The notes under the pieces were generated by a model. It was not told the DNA's origin. It saw only the letters and a list, made by a program, of their open reading frames with translations, and made no database searches. Shown here piece after piece: positions 34,604 through 35,886 of a stretch of 35,886 nt of DNA. Source of the stretch: a virus (taxonomy: Duplodnaviria > Caudoviricetes). Within the stretch, counting starts at the first letter, position 1. Each line of letters begins with the position of its first letter. The stretch is taken from positions 1 through 35,886 of the IMG/VR virus record IMGVR_UViG_3300020045_006286, one strand, 5' to 3'. Both the position numbers and the translations under genes were made by a program.

Positions 34604-35097
34604 TAAACAAAACCCTTCAGCATTGGAATATCTCTGTTGTTGTATACCTCGCCCGTGCGAGACATATTGAGGCGGGGAGAGACCGCGCTGATGGCCGCTG
34701 CGCCTTTAATGAATCCGACCGATTCGACCTGTAGAAAAACTGTTGCCTGAGGCGTTTCCAGATCGTCTGACAGGTATTGCCTAAACTCCAAAACAATCTT
34801 TTCGTCAGTGTCCAATGAAATGCGGTCTAGTTCTTCTCGAAACTCGTCATTGATGTCAACGGTACAAAGACGGATGCCATACTTTTGGTCAAGGTGTCCG
34901 CCACTGCCAGCCAGCTTAATTTCTATGTTGCATGGCTGCATAGTCCGGCCACCAGCGACACCGATATACGGCTCGCGCCACAAGTCCCAGGCCCGCGACA
35001 TTTGAGAGTGCGTAAACCTGAGTGCCGATATGGGGTGTTTTGTTTGTGGTGCGCTGGCAAAAAACGTCGTTAGCGCGGCGGCTTGGTCTAGGCTCAT
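34603..35097 (-). CDS. Minor tail protein (DUF1833-like)
   Basis: H..M, RQYLSDDL..P, PRLN..RTGEVY....PML. Confidence 0.82.
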   Translation of the reverse strand: MSLDQAAALTTFFASAPQTKHPISALRFTHSQMSRAWDLWREPYIGVAGGRTMQPCNIEIKLAGSGGHLDQKYGIRLCTVDINDEFREELDRISLDTDEKIVLEFRQYLSDDLETPQATVFLQVESVGFIKGAAAISAVSPRLNMSRTGEVYNNRDIPMLKGFV

Positions 35098-35306
35098 GGA
35101 AGCACCGCCAGTGGTCTACACAACCGGACTCGAACCGATAACCTTCCATGACGTGCGTCATGTGGCTCTACCAACCGTGGCTGCCTAATCCAGTGATCGC
35201 GATACGTGTTTCGGCATTGAGCTATGTGTAGCGGGATCATTGTAATGCTCATACGCATTGCGCTGGCAAAAAACGTACGCAGGGCTGCGGCTTGGTCTAG
35301 GCTCAT
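35051..35306. repeat. 47-bp imperfect direct repeat of the tail gene 5' end (35051-35097 and 35260-35306)
   Basis: Both copies encode MSLDQAAAL(T/R)TFFASA. Confidence 0.9.
35112..35231 (-). tRNA. Atypical tRNA-like gene (Pro-type acceptor, D-loop insertion, no canonical anticodon loop)
   Basis: CTACACA/TGTGTAG-A-CCA; TA-GCTC...GGTA-GAGC; ATCGG-TTCGAGT-CCGGT; anticodon arm CATGAC-GCAC-GTCATG. Confidence 0.72.
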
Positions 35307-35608
35307 ACGCAACATCTCAGGTATGCCATCACGCAAACCGCCAGGACGGGCACCAGCAGGTCAAACTGTGCATCAGCAGACCATTGCGTAATCCTGAAAC
35401 CCTCGTACCAGGGCATGCCCTCATCTGATCCAAGAGAGGCCCGTTTGCCGAAATACTTCAACCGACCCGTCTCGAACTGCGAGACTTCACGTCCGAAATA
35501 GAACGCGCCACCGAATGCGGCCCCGGCCCACCAGTTGCCGGTAGTCAGCCCAATCAATACCTGAGCCAGCACGGCCAAAAAGGCATGGGCAAAGTTAGAG
35601 GGGTTCAC
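35303..35608 (-). CDS. Hypothetical membrane protein
   Basis: Hydrophobic helices, FYFGREVSQ.E; GTGA overlap. Confidence 0.75.
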   Translation of the reverse strand: MNPSNFAHAFLAVLAQVLIGLTTGNWWAGAAFGGAFYFGREVSQFETGRLKYFGKRASLGSDEGMPWYEGFRITQWSADAQFDLLVPVLAVCVMAYLRCCV

Positions 35609-35868
35609 GTCGGCACCTCAAGGTCCGAGGTCTCCAGAATCACCTCGTATTCGAGCCTATCTGCGAATTTGTAGTAGTGGGTTTCATGCCCACCAAACAC
35701 CCGGCGCGGCGCTATCGGGGTGACCTTATAGGCTTCCCAGTCAGCCACCGGGTAGGTGGTGTTGACGTGGTAGCCGGGCATCGGCACTGGGGCGCTGATG
35801 GGCATACCCTCTGCATCAAATGCTCCTGGGGCGTACAGAGTTCCGATAACGTCGATGTCGATTTTCAT
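35605..35868 (-). CDS. Hypothetical tail-fibre-associated protein
   Basis: IDVIG.LY...GYHVN...P..P.RVF pattern. Confidence 0.7.
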   Translation of the reverse strand: MKIDIDVIGTLYAPGAFDAEGMPISAPVPMPGYHVNTTYPVADWEAYKVTPIAPRRVFGGHETHYYKFADRLEYEVILETSDLEVPT

Positions 35869-35886
35869 ATTTAAGGTGTTGTGACT

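Larger units (their letters stand above)
1..35886. mobile_element. Temperate lambdoid-type tailed phage genome segment, apparently non-integrated form
   Basis: Terminase, portal, head, replication, cI/cro, recombination, xis/int, lysis and tail modules in lambdoid order; phage genes on both sides of the integrase. Confidence 0.95.

Noticed and set aside
29177-35886. Diversity-generating retroelement or invertible tail-fibre cassette
   Set aside because: No reverse transcriptase or invertase in the window; the 47-bp repeat differences are not adenine-specific

Overview
The window is about 36 kb of a temperate, lambdoid-type long-tailed dsDNA phage, probably of a betaproteobacterium (host is inference). 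No host genes are visible. Left to right it holds: head and packaging genes on the - strand (DUF2213-like head protein, MuF/gp7-like protein, portal, terL, terS) with a 5-gene opposite-strand insert; a nin-like region (Ref-like, NinB, RusA, DUF559-like); DnaB and an O-like initiator with iterons; a fused SF2 helicase-DNA methyltransferase; the cII-like/cro/cI immunity region with 13-bp operators; a long + strand early operon (ERF, exonuclease, many small ORFs, xis, probable intact attP, int); and lysis and tail-tip genes on the - strand. The most notable signals are non-coding. (1) A ~1.4 kb early leader is packed with structured RNAs, including two tRNA-shaped units that keep covarying D- and T-arms but have the anticodon arm replaced and the acceptor stem extended, next to an SD-led Met-Lys-Lys-stop minigene. 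(2) A third, CCA-ended tRNA(Pro)-like gene with a ~42-nt D-loop insertion and no normal anticodon loop sits between duplicated copies of a tail-gene start. (3) A structured interval between terL and portal contains a hairpin whose loop matches its own upstream/promoter sequence over 13 nt. Also seen are an unannotated 31-aa proline-rich ORF coupled between portal and MuF, a recurring late-promoter motif giving apparently leaderless terS and portal mRNAs, and an inversion at the left end that is probably an amplification or assembly chimera. All RNA structures were read by eye; no folding or database search was run.
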